DNA of 63,873 nucleotides, filler included, from Myxococcota bacterium (GTDB lineage Bacteria > Myxococcota > Myxococcia > Myxococcales > Myxococcaceae), in assembly GCA_049322255.1 (NCBI GenBank). It is 4 parts of 4 records of this genome, joined end to end, with 100 filler letters (N's around TTAATTAATTAA, not from the genome) between each part and the next. Parts side by side here need not be neighbours in the genome. Positions count along the whole stretch, not along the records: positions 18,550 to 36,985 come from JBMORE010000085.1; 3 more parts are not named here. One strand, given 5' to 3'. Under the pieces are notes generated by a model. It saw nothing but the letters and a program-made list of their open reading frames with translations. It made no database searches and was not told where the DNA came from. The position numbers and the translations under genes are program-made. Every line of letters starts with the position of its first letter. The first letter of the stretch is position 1. Below are positions 21,916 through 33,127 of this stretch, piece by piece.

Positions 21916-23505
21916 ATGAGCTCTGGCCCCGCCCCCGCGGTCATCCAGGACCTACCCGAGGCTTCTTTGCGCCCGGGTTCCACCCCCGTACCCGATCTGG
22001 CGCCCGAGCCCCGGCTGCTCCGCCTGGTCCTTTGGCTGCTCGCGGTGGCGCTGGTGCCGCGGCTTTTGCTGATGTCGGTCAACGAGAACTACTTTGGCGA
22101 CGCGGTGGCGCGAACCGAGCTGGCCGCGCGCTGGGTCGAAAACCCGAGGTGGATGAGCTCGTTCGAGGATGGCGCTTATCAGTTTGGGCCGCTCCACCTC
22201 TACTTGGTCGGTCTGGCCCTGAGAATTTGGCCGGCGCCGGAGCACGCTGGCCGCGCGCTCTCGCTGGTGTTCGGCACGCTCACCGTGCTGCCGCTCTTCT
22301 TTCTCACCCGTCGTTACTTCGGCTGGAGAGCCGGAGTGTGGGCGTGCCTGGCGCTGTCGGTGTGGGGGCTGCATCTGCAAGTCTCGACCACCGCGGCGAG
22401 CGAGGCGCTCTCGCTGTTCCTCGTGCTCTGGTCCTTGACGCTCTTCGCCAAGGGAGTGGAGGAAAACCATCTCGGCGCGCTGATCGGCTCGGCGTTGGTG
22501 CTCAACCTCGCCTGCGCCACCCGCTACGAGTCGTGGATGTTGATGCCGCTGCTCGCCGTGGCGCTCGTCTTGTCCGACAAAGACAAGGTGGCGGCCATCA
22601 CCCGCGCGGTGGTGTTCGGATTGGTGTGCTTGCCCTTCCCCATGGTGTGGATGCAGGGCAACGAGCTGGCCAAAGGCGACCCGTTCTATCCGGTGACCTA
22701 CATCGAGCAGTTCCACCGTCAGTGGTTCACCGAGGGAGTGGCCGCGTGGGGGCAGCTTCTCTACCGGCTACAGAACCTCTTTTTCTGGCCCGGGGTGGCG
22801 TTCTTCACCTTGACCCCTCTGGTGGCGCTCTGTGGAGCGGTGGGCATGTGGCGCGCCTGGCAGGAAAGGCCCATGACGCGCTGGCTGCTCTTCGCGGCGT
22901 GGGTTCCCACCTTGTACTTCACCACGCGCAGTGCCCTGTTGGGCACCTTTTCCCCGCTGGCTCGCTTCGCATTGGCGCAGGTGGCGTTGCTCTTGCCGTT
23001 CTTGAAAATTGGGTTCGACCATCTGTTCGGACAGTCCGTGCGCCGCAGGGTGTGGGCGGGGGCGGCGGTGGTGTTGGCGGTGGGGACGCCAATCGCACTG
23101 GGCAGCTTCACCTTCCGCCAGGAGAGCCTGTTGCGCAACGCGCTGCGCCCGGTGAGCCCCACCTCGACCAACCCTCCGGCGGTGATGGAGGTGGCGCGCT
23201 TCATCAAGAAGGAAGTGAAACCCCGGGGAGGAAAGGTCATTCTCGACGCCGACAAGCGTTATCTCGACCTGCAAATCGCCTTTTTCGGTGGGTTGCCCGA
23301 GAGCCGCATGGTGCGTTACCGCTGGGGATCGTTCTCCGAACGCCTGCAGGCGGTCGAGCCCGACTTCCTCGTGCTCACCGAGGGGGGAATGCTTCAAAAA
23401 GACCCACATTTCGAGCGAAAGGGCCGCATGGTGCGTCTGGGAGCACGGGTGTTCTCCGAGCTCTTGGGCTTCCAGCGGCCTTTTCGCGTCTACCGTCGCC
23501 ACTAA
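21916..23505 (+). CDS. GT-C fold glycosyltransferase (ArnT/PMT_2, GT39/83-like)
   Basis: Polytopic membrane protein; GDA..R, GPLHLY, AGR.LSL, SEA, RYESW motifs. Confidence 0.8.
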   Translation: MSSGPAPAVIQDLPEASLRPGSTPVPDLAPEPRLLRLVLWLLAVALVPRLLLMSVNENYFGDAVARTELAARWVENPRWMSSFEDGAYQFGPLHLYLVGLALRIWPAPEHAGRALSLVFGTLTVLPLFFLTRRYFGWRAGVWACLALSVWGLHLQVSTTAASEALSLFLVLWSLTLFAKGVEENHLGALIGSALVLNLACATRYESWMLMPLLAVALVLSDKDKVAAITRAVVFGLVCLPFPMVWMQGNELAKGDPFYPVTYIEQFHRQWFTEGVAAWGQLLYRLQNLFFWPGVAFFTLTPLVALCGAVGMWRAWQERPMTRWLLFAAWVPTLYFTTRSALLGTFSPLARFALAQVALLLPFLKIGFDHLFGQSVRRRVWAGAAVVLAVGTPIALGSFTFRQESLLRNALRPVSPTSTNPPAVMEVARFIKKEVKPRGGKVILDADKRYLDLQIAFFGGLPESRMVRYRWGSFSERLQAVEPDFLVLTEGGMLQKDPHFERKGRMVRLGARVFSELLGFQRPFRVYRRH

Positions 23506-24560
23506 CCCTTGCCTTTGCGGCGCTTGTTGCGAAAAAACTTCCGCTGCCACTTCTCGACGTTGTCTTCGTGGCACCGCAAGTCGGGGCAGAAGACATGGGT
23601 GCCGTCGTTTTTCGAGACGAAGAAGAGGTCTTGGCAATCGAGCGGGTGGTAGACGGCTTGCAGCGCCGCCGCGCCTGCGCTGGCGATGGGGCCAGGGGGC
23701 AGGCCTTTACGCGTGTACGTGTTGTAGGGGTGATCGGTCTCCAAGTCTTTCTTGGTGATGTTCTTCGTGTACCTCCCGCGCGCGAGCATCATCGCGTAGA
23801 TGACCGTGGGGTCGGTTTGCAGCTTCATGTGGAGCCGCAGGCGGTTGTGAAAGACGCAGGCGATGCGTGCTCGCTCTTCGGGGGCGCCGGTTTCCTTCTC
23901 GACGATCGAGGCCAGAGTCATCGCCTCGAGCAGTGACAGCGTGATGCCCGGCTTTTTGTTCTCGGCGGCCTTCTGGTGCTCCTCCAGCGCGCGTGAGACC
24001 ATCTTCGCCAGCACGGCTGCTTCACTGGCTCCCCGGGTGAAGGTGTAGGTGTCGGGGTAGAGAAAGCCCTCGAGGCCGTCGGCCGGAACGCCGAGCGCGC
24101 GCACCCAGCGGGCGTCGGAGGAGAGCCCCTGGAGCTTGGAAAGGTCGAGCTTCAGCTCCGAGCCGGCAACGATGGGGAGGATCTCCTCGACGCGCAGGCC
24201 CTCCGGCACGGTGAAGCGGTACACCCGCACCTGGCCCGAGACGATGCGGGTGATGACCTGTTCGGGGGTCAGTGGGCCGGCGAACGCGTACTCACCTGCC
24301 TTGAGCTTGGGGCCGAGCTTGGTGCGCTTGAGATAGGCGTAGGTGCTGTCGGCGCTGGAGACCACTCCTGCCTTGGCGAGCAGCGAGGCCACCCCCTTGG
24401 GGCCAGTACCGTTGGGGATGTCGACGAGCTTGGTGTCCGCGGTTCCAAAAGGTGCATGCGCGAACCTGTCGATGCGGGTATTGGCGAGGTAGAGGTAGCC
24501 CGCGATTGCCACCGATGCAGCGATGGCGAGCGACAAGAGCAAGCCCAATCGCTTTTTCAC
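23502..24560 (-). CDS. mltG: Endolytic transglycosylase MltG
   Basis: [43 protein letters not shown]. Confidence 0.95.
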   Translation of the reverse strand: MKKRLGLLLSLAIAASVAIAGYLYLANTRIDRFAHAPFGTADTKLVDIPNGTGPKGVASLLAKAGVVSSADSTYAYLKRTKLGPKLKAGEYAFAGPLTPEQVITRIVSGQVRVYRFTVPEGLRVEEILPIVAGSELKLDLSKLQGLSSDARWVRALGVPADGLEGFLYPDTYTFTRGASEAAVLAKMVSRALEEHQKAAENKKPGITLSLLEAMTLASIVEKETGAPEERARIACVFHNRLRLHMKLQTDPTVIYAMMLARGRYTKNITKKDLETDHPYNTYTRKGLPPGPIASAGAAALQAVYHPLDCQDLFFVSKNDGTHVFCPDLRCHEDNVEKWQRKFFRNKRRKGKG

Positions 24561-25000
24561 GAAACCTCCGGGTCGTGCTCGCCGATGCCGGCGCGGCGCG
24601 CGTCGAGCCAGCCCTGGAGAATCAGCGAGGCAGCCAGCTGGTCGATGACCTGGCGGCGCTTTTTGCGAGAGACATCTGCCTCGAGGAGCACGCGCTCGGC
24701 GGCGACCGTGGTGAGGCGCTCATCCCAATAGTTCACCGGCAGCCCCGATGAGGCGGCCAACGCCTCGCCGAGCTTGCGCGATTCGACGGCGCGGTCGCCC
24801 TCGCTGCCGTCCATGTTCAGCGGCAGCCCCACCACGAGCTGGGCCACCTCGCGCTCGGCCGCGAGCTCGCGCAGGGCCTTCAGATCGGCTGCGAGGTTCT
24901 TTCGGCGCAAGGTGGTGACGGCCTGGGCGGTGATTCCCAACGGGTCGGAAACCGCCACCCCGATCGTTTTGCTCCCCACGTCCAGGCCCATCGCACGCAT
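24557..25000 (-). CDS. ruvX: RuvX/YqgF family nuclease
   Basis: [47 protein letters not shown]. Confidence 0.95.
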   Translation of the reverse strand: MRAMGLDVGSKTIGVAVSDPLGITAQAVTTLRRKNLAADLKALRELAAEREVAQLVVGLPLNMDGSEGDRAVESRKLGEALAASSGLPVNYWDERLTTVAAERVLLEADVSRKKRRQVIDQLAASLILQGWLDARRAGIGEHDPEVS

Positions 25001-25110
25001 GGCGCCGGCCAATCTACCCCCAATCCGCCGGAGCGGACCGGCCATCTCCAGCGAAGGACGAGGGCTCGCCCCTGCGCCTACCAAACCACCGGAATCAGGA
25101 GAACTTCGTG

Positions 25111-25126
25111 CGGCACCGGGGCTGCA
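25111..25126 (+). promoter_or_regulatory. Candidate sigma54 promoter for the 25178-26752 operon
   Basis: CGGCACCGGGGCTGCA = GG-N10-GC, close to the TGGCAC-N5-TTGCA consensus; 51 bp upstream of an ATG with AAAGGA RBS. Confidence 0.6.
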
Positions 25127-25177
25127 ATGCCGCCTCATCAGCGCTCGCACACGGGCGCCCAATGAAAGGAAACGCAT

Positions 25178-26242
25178 ATGAGCAGCATTCTCTCGGCAAT
25201 CGGCGGGGCCATCGACGCACTCAACATGTTCAACCCCTTGAACATCGGGATCGACAAGGCATTCGAACTGCTCGGCCTGCCTCCAGAGCTGAAGGCAGTG
25301 GCGAAGGTCGGCATCGGGGTCGCCACGGGTAACATGCTGATGGCTGCGGACGGTGCCGTGGAGATGGCGGGTACCCTCGGAGCCAAAAACCAACCCATCG
25401 ACACCGAATATGCACCCTCGAAGAACGAAGCGCTTTGTTCGAAAGGGTACGCGGCACCGCAGACGCCCACGCTTCCGACTGACCCGGGAGACGGCTTCGG
25501 CAAGCGGGAAGCGTTGAGCCTCACGTCCCCCGAGGTGCTCAGCTGGGTTCCCTCGGATCCATCTCTGGCTGCCGAACGCCTGCGGTACGATTTTTCGGCC
25601 GGCAACGGCCAGGGCATGGTCAGCTGGGGCGTGACAAGCTGGCGGAGGCCTGAGGGCTATGCCAAATACCTCAAGCGCATGTTGATGAACAACCCGGCGC
25701 TTCGGGCAGAATTCGAAGCGCACTTCGGGGTGAGGTGCGTGTTCGAGGCGATCTGCGGCGATACCGAGCTCGTGGTGCGCCGGCGCCCCACACCACCCCC
25801 TGGCGTCAGCGCAAACGACCCGAAGCCCACCCACCCGAGCGGTTGCACCGACTCGAACGTCGTGAATGGGCAACCATCGGCCGGGGGTGCGACGGGCTGG
25901 TGTCGTTCCATTCTCAGCGATCCGACGCTCAGCATCGAGGAGAAGGTAGAGCTCTTGATGATGAAGATCCTCGCTTCGCTGGACAAAGAGATACTCGACA
26001 CCATGGAGCAGGTCGCCGACGCGCAACAGAACGTCGGCAAGGCGCAGGACGCGGCAGCGAAGGGCTCCAGCGGCTCCAACAAGGAGGCGACCGCCGCCGC
26101 CCAGTCGAAGGCCGACATGCTTCAGTTCAAGCTCCAGCGTTTGGTGGAACGCCGCAAACAGATGTTCGACCTGATGAGCAACATGTCCGCGAAGTTCAAC
26201 GAGATGGCGCGCACCGCCATCGGCAATCTGGGGAGGGCGTAA
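25178..26242 (+). CDS. Hypothetical protein with T3SS filament/needle-like (EspA/Bsp22-type) C-terminal helix
   Basis: No Sec signal; C-terminus DMLQFKLQRLVERRKQMFDLMSNMSAKFNEMARTAIGNL; followed by a SycD-like gene. Confidence 0.6.
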   Translation: MSSILSAIGGAIDALNMFNPLNIGIDKAFELLGLPPELKAVAKVGIGVATGNMLMAADGAVEMAGTLGAKNQPIDTEYAPSKNEALCSKGYAAPQTPTLPTDPGDGFGKREALSLTSPEVLSWVPSDPSLAAERLRYDFSAGNGQGMVSWGVTSWRRPEGYAKYLKRMLMNNPALRAEFEAHFGVRCVFEAICGDTELVVRRRPTPPPGVSANDPKPTHPSGCTDSNVVNGQPSAGGATGWCRSILSDPTLSIEEKVELLMMKILASLDKEILDTMEQVADAQQNVGKAQDAAAKGSSGSNKEATAAAQSKADMLQFKLQRLVERRKQMFDLMSNMSAKFNEMARTAIGNLGRA

Positions 26243-26245
26243 GCC

Positions 26246-26752
26246 ATGGGCCGCATCGTCAAGCACGAGGAAATCCCCGAGCTGAAAGCCAAGCTCAAAA
26301 AGTTCGCCGCGGGCGAAGCAACGTGGGCGGAGGTCGAGGGCATGACCTTCGAGGAGGCCCAGGCGATTGCCCAGGTTGGGTGTGAGCTCGCCGCCGCCGG
26401 CCGTCTCGAGGAGGCGCGCATCATCTTCGAGGGGTTGGTGGAGGGAAACCCGAAGGACGCGGCGAGCCATGCCGCCCTGGGCACGGTGTACCAAAAGCTG
26501 GGGCGCACCACCGATGCGAAGGAGGCCTATTCGGCGGCCCTCGAGCACGACCCGAACAGCGTCGTCGCCCTGGCCTACCGGGGAGTGTTGCGGCTACAGG
26601 CGAATGACCAGAACGGGTTTTCCGACCTCACGGGTGCAGTCGAGGCCGACCCCAAGGGCGAGACGACGGCTGGGCGCCGAGCGCGGGCGCTGGTCGAGGC
26701 CATCACCCTGATGGCGGTGGAAGCGGGCAAGGCAGCGCGGCCTGGCCTCTAA
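26246..26752 (+). CDS. TPR protein, SycD/LcrH-like class II T3SS chaperone
   Basis: 168 aa, about 3 TPRs, GMTFEEAQAIAQVG..LAAAGRLEEARIIFEGL...NP.D pattern. Confidence 0.7.
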   Translation: MGRIVKHEEIPELKAKLKKFAAGEATWAEVEGMTFEEAQAIAQVGCELAAAGRLEEARIIFEGLVEGNPKDAASHAALGTVYQKLGRTTDAKEAYSAALEHDPNSVVALAYRGVLRLQANDQNGFSDLTGAVEADPKGETTAGRRARALVEAITLMAVEAGKAARPGL

Positions 26753-27954
26753 AGCTTCCAGTCGCCCCGGTCCACCGCGGCGATGCGTTCGAGGATCGAC
26801 GGGTGCGAATGGCTCTTGAGCACCACCCACCTGGGCGGATCGGGGTCGGTTTTGTTGATGCGTGCGGCCTTCACCAGCATGCGCCGGAAGCTGTCGGGGT
26901 CTCTGGTCAGGCGCAACGCATAGAGGTCGGCCGCGCGCTCACGCTCGCGGGAAAAGGCGGCGCTGACCGGCTGGGCAGCTCCGCTGGCCAAGTAGAACAT
27001 CAGAGTGATGAGCGGCAGGGTTCGGATGTCGGCGAAGCGGGTGGTGCCGAACCATCCGCGGGCCGCGGCGAGCACGAACATCCGATTCACCAGAAAAAGA
27101 AAGGCCCCCAGCGCCACAGCAGAGCCGAGGTAACTCGGCCAGCGAGACTGGTGAACGTGCCCGGCCTCGTGAGCGACCGCGGCGAGAATTTCTTCCTCGC
27201 TCAGCTCCTCCAAGAGCCGGTCGTTGAGCACGATGGTACGCGTGGGCCCCATCCCAGCGAAGTACGCTTGCACCCGGGCGGAGGCGCGCGAGGTCTTCTC
27301 CACCACCACCGCCCGAACCTCGATGCCGGCCTTCACCATCAAGGCGGAGATTTTTTCCGACAACCTCCCGCTGGGGAGAGGCGTCTGCTCGAAGAAGGCA
27401 CGCGCGCGAAAAGGGTCGAGGCTGGCGGAGACGAGCAGCACCGCCGCTCCCGCTCCTCCCAGGAGCATCCACCAGTGCCTCGTTCGCCGAGCGAGCCCGA
27501 AGAGCCCAAAAGCCAGCGCGGTGGTGGGCGCCAGTATCAAGACCACGCTCTTGAAGTGGTCGAGCGCGAAGCCCGCCGGCGTGTAGCGCGACAGGCCGTA
27601 GCGGTGCTCGTGGAGGTAGTCGAAGTACACGTCGAGCGGAAGAAAGAGGAGAGCGACGAGCAGGCAATCGGCGGCGGCGAAGCACACCGCCGCGCCCCAG
27701 CCCGGCCCGCCCCACAGCTTCTCCAGAACGCTCGGCACCACCCGAAGGAAAGGCATTCGCAGCAGGAAAGAGAGGCGTTGCCCCATCGTCGCGGCGGCGT
27801 ATTCGCACCAGCGGTACAGCGGGTGCACCAGAAAGCGAAGGACGAGGGCGAAGACCCCGAGGTTCACCGCATCGCCCACCGCGCCCCAGAGGTAGTGGGG
27901 AAAGTGGTACGCCTCTATCTCCGCGAGCTCAGCGGCGGTGAACAGGTCGGTCAC
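26749..27954 (-). CDS. M48 family (Ste24-like) membrane metalloprotease
   Basis: AYFAGMG.TRTIVL.D.L, AHEAGH, SRERERAADLYA, HSHPSILERI. Confidence 0.92.
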   Translation of the reverse strand: MTDLFTAAELAEIEAYHFPHYLWGAVGDAVNLGVFALVLRFLVHPLYRWCEYAAATMGQRLSFLLRMPFLRVVPSVLEKLWGGPGWGAAVCFAAADCLLVALLFLPLDVYFDYLHEHRYGLSRYTPAGFALDHFKSVVLILAPTTALAFGLFGLARRTRHWWMLLGGAGAAVLLVSASLDPFRARAFFEQTPLPSGRLSEKISALMVKAGIEVRAVVVEKTSRASARVQAYFAGMGPTRTIVLNDRLLEELSEEEILAAVAHEAGHVHQSRWPSYLGSAVALGAFLFLVNRMFVLAAARGWFGTTRFADIRTLPLITLMFYLASGAAQPVSAAFSRERERAADLYALRLTRDPDSFRRMLVKAARINKTDPDPPRWVVLKSHSHPSILERIAAVDRGDWKL

Positions 27955-27955
27955 G

Positions 27956-29077
27956 TCACGTGTGTGGTTTCTGTTCGGGGAGAGGCGGAGGGGGATTCTC
28001 GGCCTCCTCGGCAGCGGCGTCGGCCAAGAGCAGGTCCTTCATCTTGCGCAGGCTCTCGCGGGTGCGCTCGACGAAGGGGTTAGCCGCGCCGATGCGTTCG
28101 GCCGCTTCGAGGGTGCGCTCGTAGATGGTGATCGCCTTGGTGATGAGGACGCGAATCTTCTTGCGCAGCTCCTGGCGGTACACCTCGGCCTCCTCACCGT
28201 TGAGCTCCTTGGGGGCGGGTGAATTCACCATGTGGTCGTAGAGGTTCTCGTACAGGCCGCCAATCTGCGCGCCGGCCGCGGTCGCCCAGTAGCCGTTGCC
28301 CATGCGAATCGAGCGCAAGTAGTGGCCCTGGGCCGACAAGAGCAGCTCGGCCTTGAGCTCGAGGTCCTTCGCCAATTGATCGATGCCCTTCTCCGGGTCG
28401 AGCTGCACCGTCTCGAAGTGCAGGCGAAAAATCTCTCCGAGGAAGAACTGCGCCTGCGCTGGGTAGTAATCGTCGACTTCGTCCTTGTTCTCCAGCTCGT
28501 GGTAGACGCCCAACGCCTTGCGCAGCGTGCTCTCCGCCTGGTCGCTCTTGCCGCCTTCCAGCTCACAGATTCCCTTTTGCACCTGCGCCTCGATGCGCCG
28601 GTTCACCGGAAGGTCGGTTCGGTTGGCCACGATGTCGAGCAGCGCTGCCGCGTCGTCGAAGCGCTCGAGGTGGTATTGACACTCGGCGAGCCGGAAGGTG
28701 GCATCGATCGCGTCGTCGTTGCCCGCTTGCGCGTCGGCAAGGTCGAAGAAGCGCTGGTAGGCGTCCTCCCACTCCTTGAGCTTCTGGTGCGAAAGCCCCG
28801 CGTTGTAGAGCGCGGCGCGCCGGTGAAGGCTGCCGGGGTGGAAGTCGGAGAGGCGCCCGAAATAGCGCGCGGCCTGCTTGAAGTCCTGCGCAGCGAAGAA
28901 GGAGGTGCCGGCAGCGAACAGCTCCTCGTCGTTGAGCTTCTCCAACTCGAGGTCGCCGGTGATGACCATGGGGTCGAAGCGCACCTCGCGCGGAGGGGTC
29001 TTCGTCTTCTGGAAGTGCGCACACCCGGCAGCCATCGCCGCTGTCAACGTTCCACAAATCACTGCGCGTACGCTCAT
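27956..29077 (-). CDS. TPR-repeat lipoprotein
   Basis: Lipobox AAGC; TPR consensus (ALYNAG, ATFRLA, AQFFLG); ATG 29077. Confidence 0.85.
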   Translation of the reverse strand: MSVRAVICGTLTAAMAAGCAHFQKTKTPPREVRFDPMVITGDLELEKLNDEELFAAGTSFFAAQDFKQAARYFGRLSDFHPGSLHRRAALYNAGLSHQKLKEWEDAYQRFFDLADAQAGNDDAIDATFRLAECQYHLERFDDAAALLDIVANRTDLPVNRRIEAQVQKGICELEGGKSDQAESTLRKALGVYHELENKDEVDDYYPAQAQFFLGEIFRLHFETVQLDPEKGIDQLAKDLELKAELLLSAQGHYLRSIRMGNGYWATAAGAQIGGLYENLYDHMVNSPAPKELNGEEAEVYRQELRKKIRVLITKAITIYERTLEAAERIGAANPFVERTRESLRKMKDLLLADAAAEEAENPPPPLPEQKPHT

Positions 29078-29141
29078 CGAGAGGCCCTTAAGGACATGCG
29101 TTCGACAGCACTGTGGGCAAGATGGTTCCGGATTGTACCCC

Positions 29142-30274
<1,133 letters not shown>

Positions 30275-30278
<4 letters not shown>

Positions 30279-31186
30279 GGTGCGCCGTCGGTGAGGGGTG
30301 CGAGGTGGCGGGCGACCTCTTCCACCGCTGGGCGTCCGAACGCGGGGAGAAAAAGCCGTGGCACCGAGTAGACGGGCAAACCCAGCCGGCTGGCGAGCTT
30401 GTCATGGCACTCCAGCGAGAGACGGGCGCGCTGGTGGTGGCCCTGGGCCAGGGTGGCCAGCGAGGGGTGAGGCGCCAGCGCGGCGAGCTCGCGGTCATCG
30501 AATCGCTGCGAAAACACACCGTTGAGCACCACCGCCCCAGGCCGGACGTTCACCTTCGTGCGAAGCGCCGTCGCCAGCTCGAGCGTCTCGTTGACCGGCA
30601 TCTCCTCGGGCAGCGACACCAGCACCGCCGCGGTGGTGGCGGGGTCGACCAGGAGGTCGCGCATCCACGTCGCGTCGCGGGCCAGGGCGCCCGGGGGTAC
30701 GGTGTCGAGAATGACCTGGGGCACCGAGAGGAACGTCAGCGCGTGCCCGGTCGCTGGTGCGTCGAGCACCACCCGATCGAAGCGGAAGTGTTCGCCCTCC
30801 TTCTCGCGCACGTGGAAGAGAATCTTCCCCAGCATCACCAGCTCAGCCAGCGAGGGAATGAAGTGGAGGAAGTAGCGCACCAGACGGTTCTCGAACACCG
30901 CGTTGTAGATGCTCTGAAACTTCAAGATCATCAGCGCGTACTCGCGCATCGCCTCGTCCGGCCGGACGTTGGCCGCCCACAGGTTCTCCTCCAACTTCGT
31001 CACCCGCGGCCCCGCTTCGGTAAGCCCCAAGAGCTGGCTCACCCTTTCCTTGGCGTTCACCTCGCACACCAAGGTGCGCAGGCCGGCGCGGCAAAAGCGC
31101 AGCGCCAGCGCGGCGGAGACGGTGCTCTTGCCTACGCCGCCCTTGCCCGAGACGATGACGAGGCGCTTGTCGGAGAGGACGGCCAT
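30275..31186 (-). CDS. ArsA/Get3 family ATPase
   Basis: GKGGVGKST, LDAPATGH, LPEEMPVNET; ATGA overlap with the partner gene. Confidence 0.92.
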
Positions 31187-31252
31187 GGGGGTCGATTCGA
31201 CTAACGCGCGCCCTTGACACCCGTCAAGCCACCGCACAGCATCCGCCGCGCC

Positions 31253-31549
31253 ATGCTCAAGAACAACCCGATGGTGAAGAAGCTGATGGAGACTGGCGAA
31301 GAGCGCATCGGCAAGCTCGCCCAGCAGCTGCTTTCCAACGAAAAGTTCGTCGCCGCCGTGCAGACCCTCGTGTCCCGTTCGTTGGCGGCCAAGGGTACCC
31401 TGGACAAGAGCCTGCGCACCGCCCTGGCGGCGATGAACCTGCCCTCCACGGGCGACCTCGAACTCCTACGGGGCAAGGTCGACGAGCTCGAGCGGCTGCT
31501 CTCCTCCATCGAGGAGAAGGTCGACAAGCTCGGGAGCCAAGGGAAGTGA
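31253..31549 (+). CDS. Small phasin/PhaE-like coiled-coil protein
   Basis: C-terminal MNLPSTGDLELLRGKVDELERLL motif typical of granule-associated proteins. Confidence 0.6.
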   Translation: MLKNNPMVKKLMETGEERIGKLAQQLLSNEKFVAAVQTLVSRSLAAKGTLDKSLRTALAAMNLPSTGDLELLRGKVDELERLLSSIEEKVDKLGSQGK

Positions 31550-32352
31550 CCGCCCGGCGCATCGCCTTCATCAACGAGAAGGGCGGCACCTGTAAGACCA
31601 CCCTCGCGGTGAACGTCGCTGCGCACTTCGCCCAGAAGAAAGGCTTACGCACGCTCCTGGTCGATCTCGACACCCAGGGGCACGCGGCCAAGTCGCTGGG
31701 CATCGACGTGCGCAGCGTCGAGCCCAACGTCTTCCACTGGCTCTCCGACGGCGCCGTGCGGCTGGCCGAGGTGACCTGCCCCACCGCGGTGGGGGGCCTC
31801 TTCGTGGTGCCCTCGTACAAGCAGATGGCCGACTTTCCGTTGGCGGTGGCGTCGAACCCGCGCCGGGTGCGCCTGCTCGCCGACCGGTTGGACGCCGAAG
31901 CGAGCGCCTACGACGTGGTGCTCTTCGACTCACCACCGTCGATGGGGCTCACCACGGTGAACATCTTGATGGCGGCTACCGAAGTGGTCATTCCGGTGGC
32001 GCTCACCTACCTGGCGCTCGACGGCTGCGCGGAGATGGTAGAGACGATGCGCCGGGTGAGCCTGGAGCACGACCACCCGGCGCTTCACGTGAGCCTGGTG
32101 GTGCCCACCCTCTACCGGAAGACGGCGCTGGCTGACGAGATTCTCGACAAGCTCAAGGGCTACTTCCCCGGGCGCTGCGCAGAGCCGTTGGCGCTCAACG
32201 TGAAGATCGACGAGGCGCAGAGCCACGGGCAGACGATTTTCGCATACGCCCCTTGGAGCCGCGGCGCGGCGATGCTGCAGGAGATCGCCGAGCGGGTGTT
32301 CGACGCGGACGGCGCAGCCGCCCCGCCGTTCGACGTTGCCGCGGCGCGCTAA
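31546..32352 (+). CDS. ParA/Soj family ATPase (orphan)
   Basis: NEKGGTCKTT, LVDLDTQG, FDSPPSMG; GTGA overlap with the upstream gene. Confidence 0.93.
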   Translation: MTARRIAFINEKGGTCKTTLAVNVAAHFAQKKGLRTLLVDLDTQGHAAKSLGIDVRSVEPNVFHWLSDGAVRLAEVTCPTAVGGLFVVPSYKQMADFPLAVASNPRRVRLLADRLDAEASAYDVVLFDSPPSMGLTTVNILMAATEVVIPVALTYLALDGCAEMVETMRRVSLEHDHPALHVSLVVPTLYRKTALADEILDKLKGYFPGRCAEPLALNVKIDEAQSHGQTIFAYAPWSRGAAMLQEIAERVFDADGAAAPPFDVAAAR

Positions 32353-32365
32353 AAGAGGTGAGCGG

Positions 32366-32965
32366 TTACTTCTTCTTCTCCAGCGCGTCGAGCTTCTTCT
32401 CCAGCGTCTCGATGCGCTCGATGAGCGCGTGCAGATCGCGCCCCAGCGCCGGCAGGCTACCGGTGATGCTCTCCACCGTTTGCTTCACCCGCTCGTCGAC
32501 CCGCCGCTGCCACTCCTCGAGCGTTCTTTGGCTGGCCTTGAGAAAGTCGGGGCCAGCCTCGCCCGTCTCACCGCCTTTCTCCTCGCGGCGCAACAGCCGA
32601 TCCAGCCGGCTCTCCGCCTCCTCGCGAATGGAGGCCACGCGCGGCGACACTTCCTTTTGAATGAAGCCGGAGATGGACTCGCCCGGGTGGCGGATGATCT
32701 CTCGCAGCACCGCCAGGGGCATGCGGCTTTTCTTCTTCTCTTCCTCGAAGATGATCTGGGCCAAGGTGACCGAGGTGAGATCTTCCTTGGAGCGGTTGTC
32801 GACGATCTTCACCTCGCTGCCCGCCTTCACCATCTCGGCAATTTCGTCGAGGGTGACGTAGCGGCTCTCGACGGTGTCGTAGAGCTTGCGATTGGTGTAG
32901 CGCTTGATGATCTTCGGCTCGCGGCTCGACGGCCCCGGGCTGCCTGCCTGGTTGACTTCGCTCAT
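32366..32965 (-). CDS. PhaR-type (PHB_acc_N) DNA-binding regulator
   Basis: IIKRYTNRKLYDTVESRYVTL...EDLTSVTLAQIIFEEE; C-terminal coiled coil. Confidence 0.9.
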   Translation of the reverse strand: MSEVNQAGSPGPSSREPKIIKRYTNRKLYDTVESRYVTLDEIAEMVKAGSEVKIVDNRSKEDLTSVTLAQIIFEEEKKKSRMPLAVLREIIRHPGESISGFIQKEVSPRVASIREEAESRLDRLLRREEKGGETGEAGPDFLKASQRTLEEWQRRVDERVKQTVESITGSLPALGRDLHALIERIETLEKKLDALEKKK

Positions 32966-33127
32966 GTCCCCGCCATCCTCGAAGCGCGGCGAAGGAATTT
33001 GACGCGCTGCGCTGAAAGGGCAGATAGCAGACGAGATCGAAGCGGGCAAGCCTCGTTCAGCGCGCAGCTCCTTCCTCACGCCCTCGAAGAACGAAAGCCC
33101 TATACTTCGCGGCCGAAAGCCACGGCG

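Noticed and set aside
24557..26548. 663-aa RuvX with long N-terminal extension
   Set aside because: The extension is antisense to the 25178-26752 genes; RuvX homology starts at ATG 25000
32336..33127. Long N-terminal extensions on the zinc-ribbon, PhaR, GH31, GMC and CHRD-like ORFs
   Set aside because: Longest-ORF artefacts overlapping neighbouring genes; better internal starts exist
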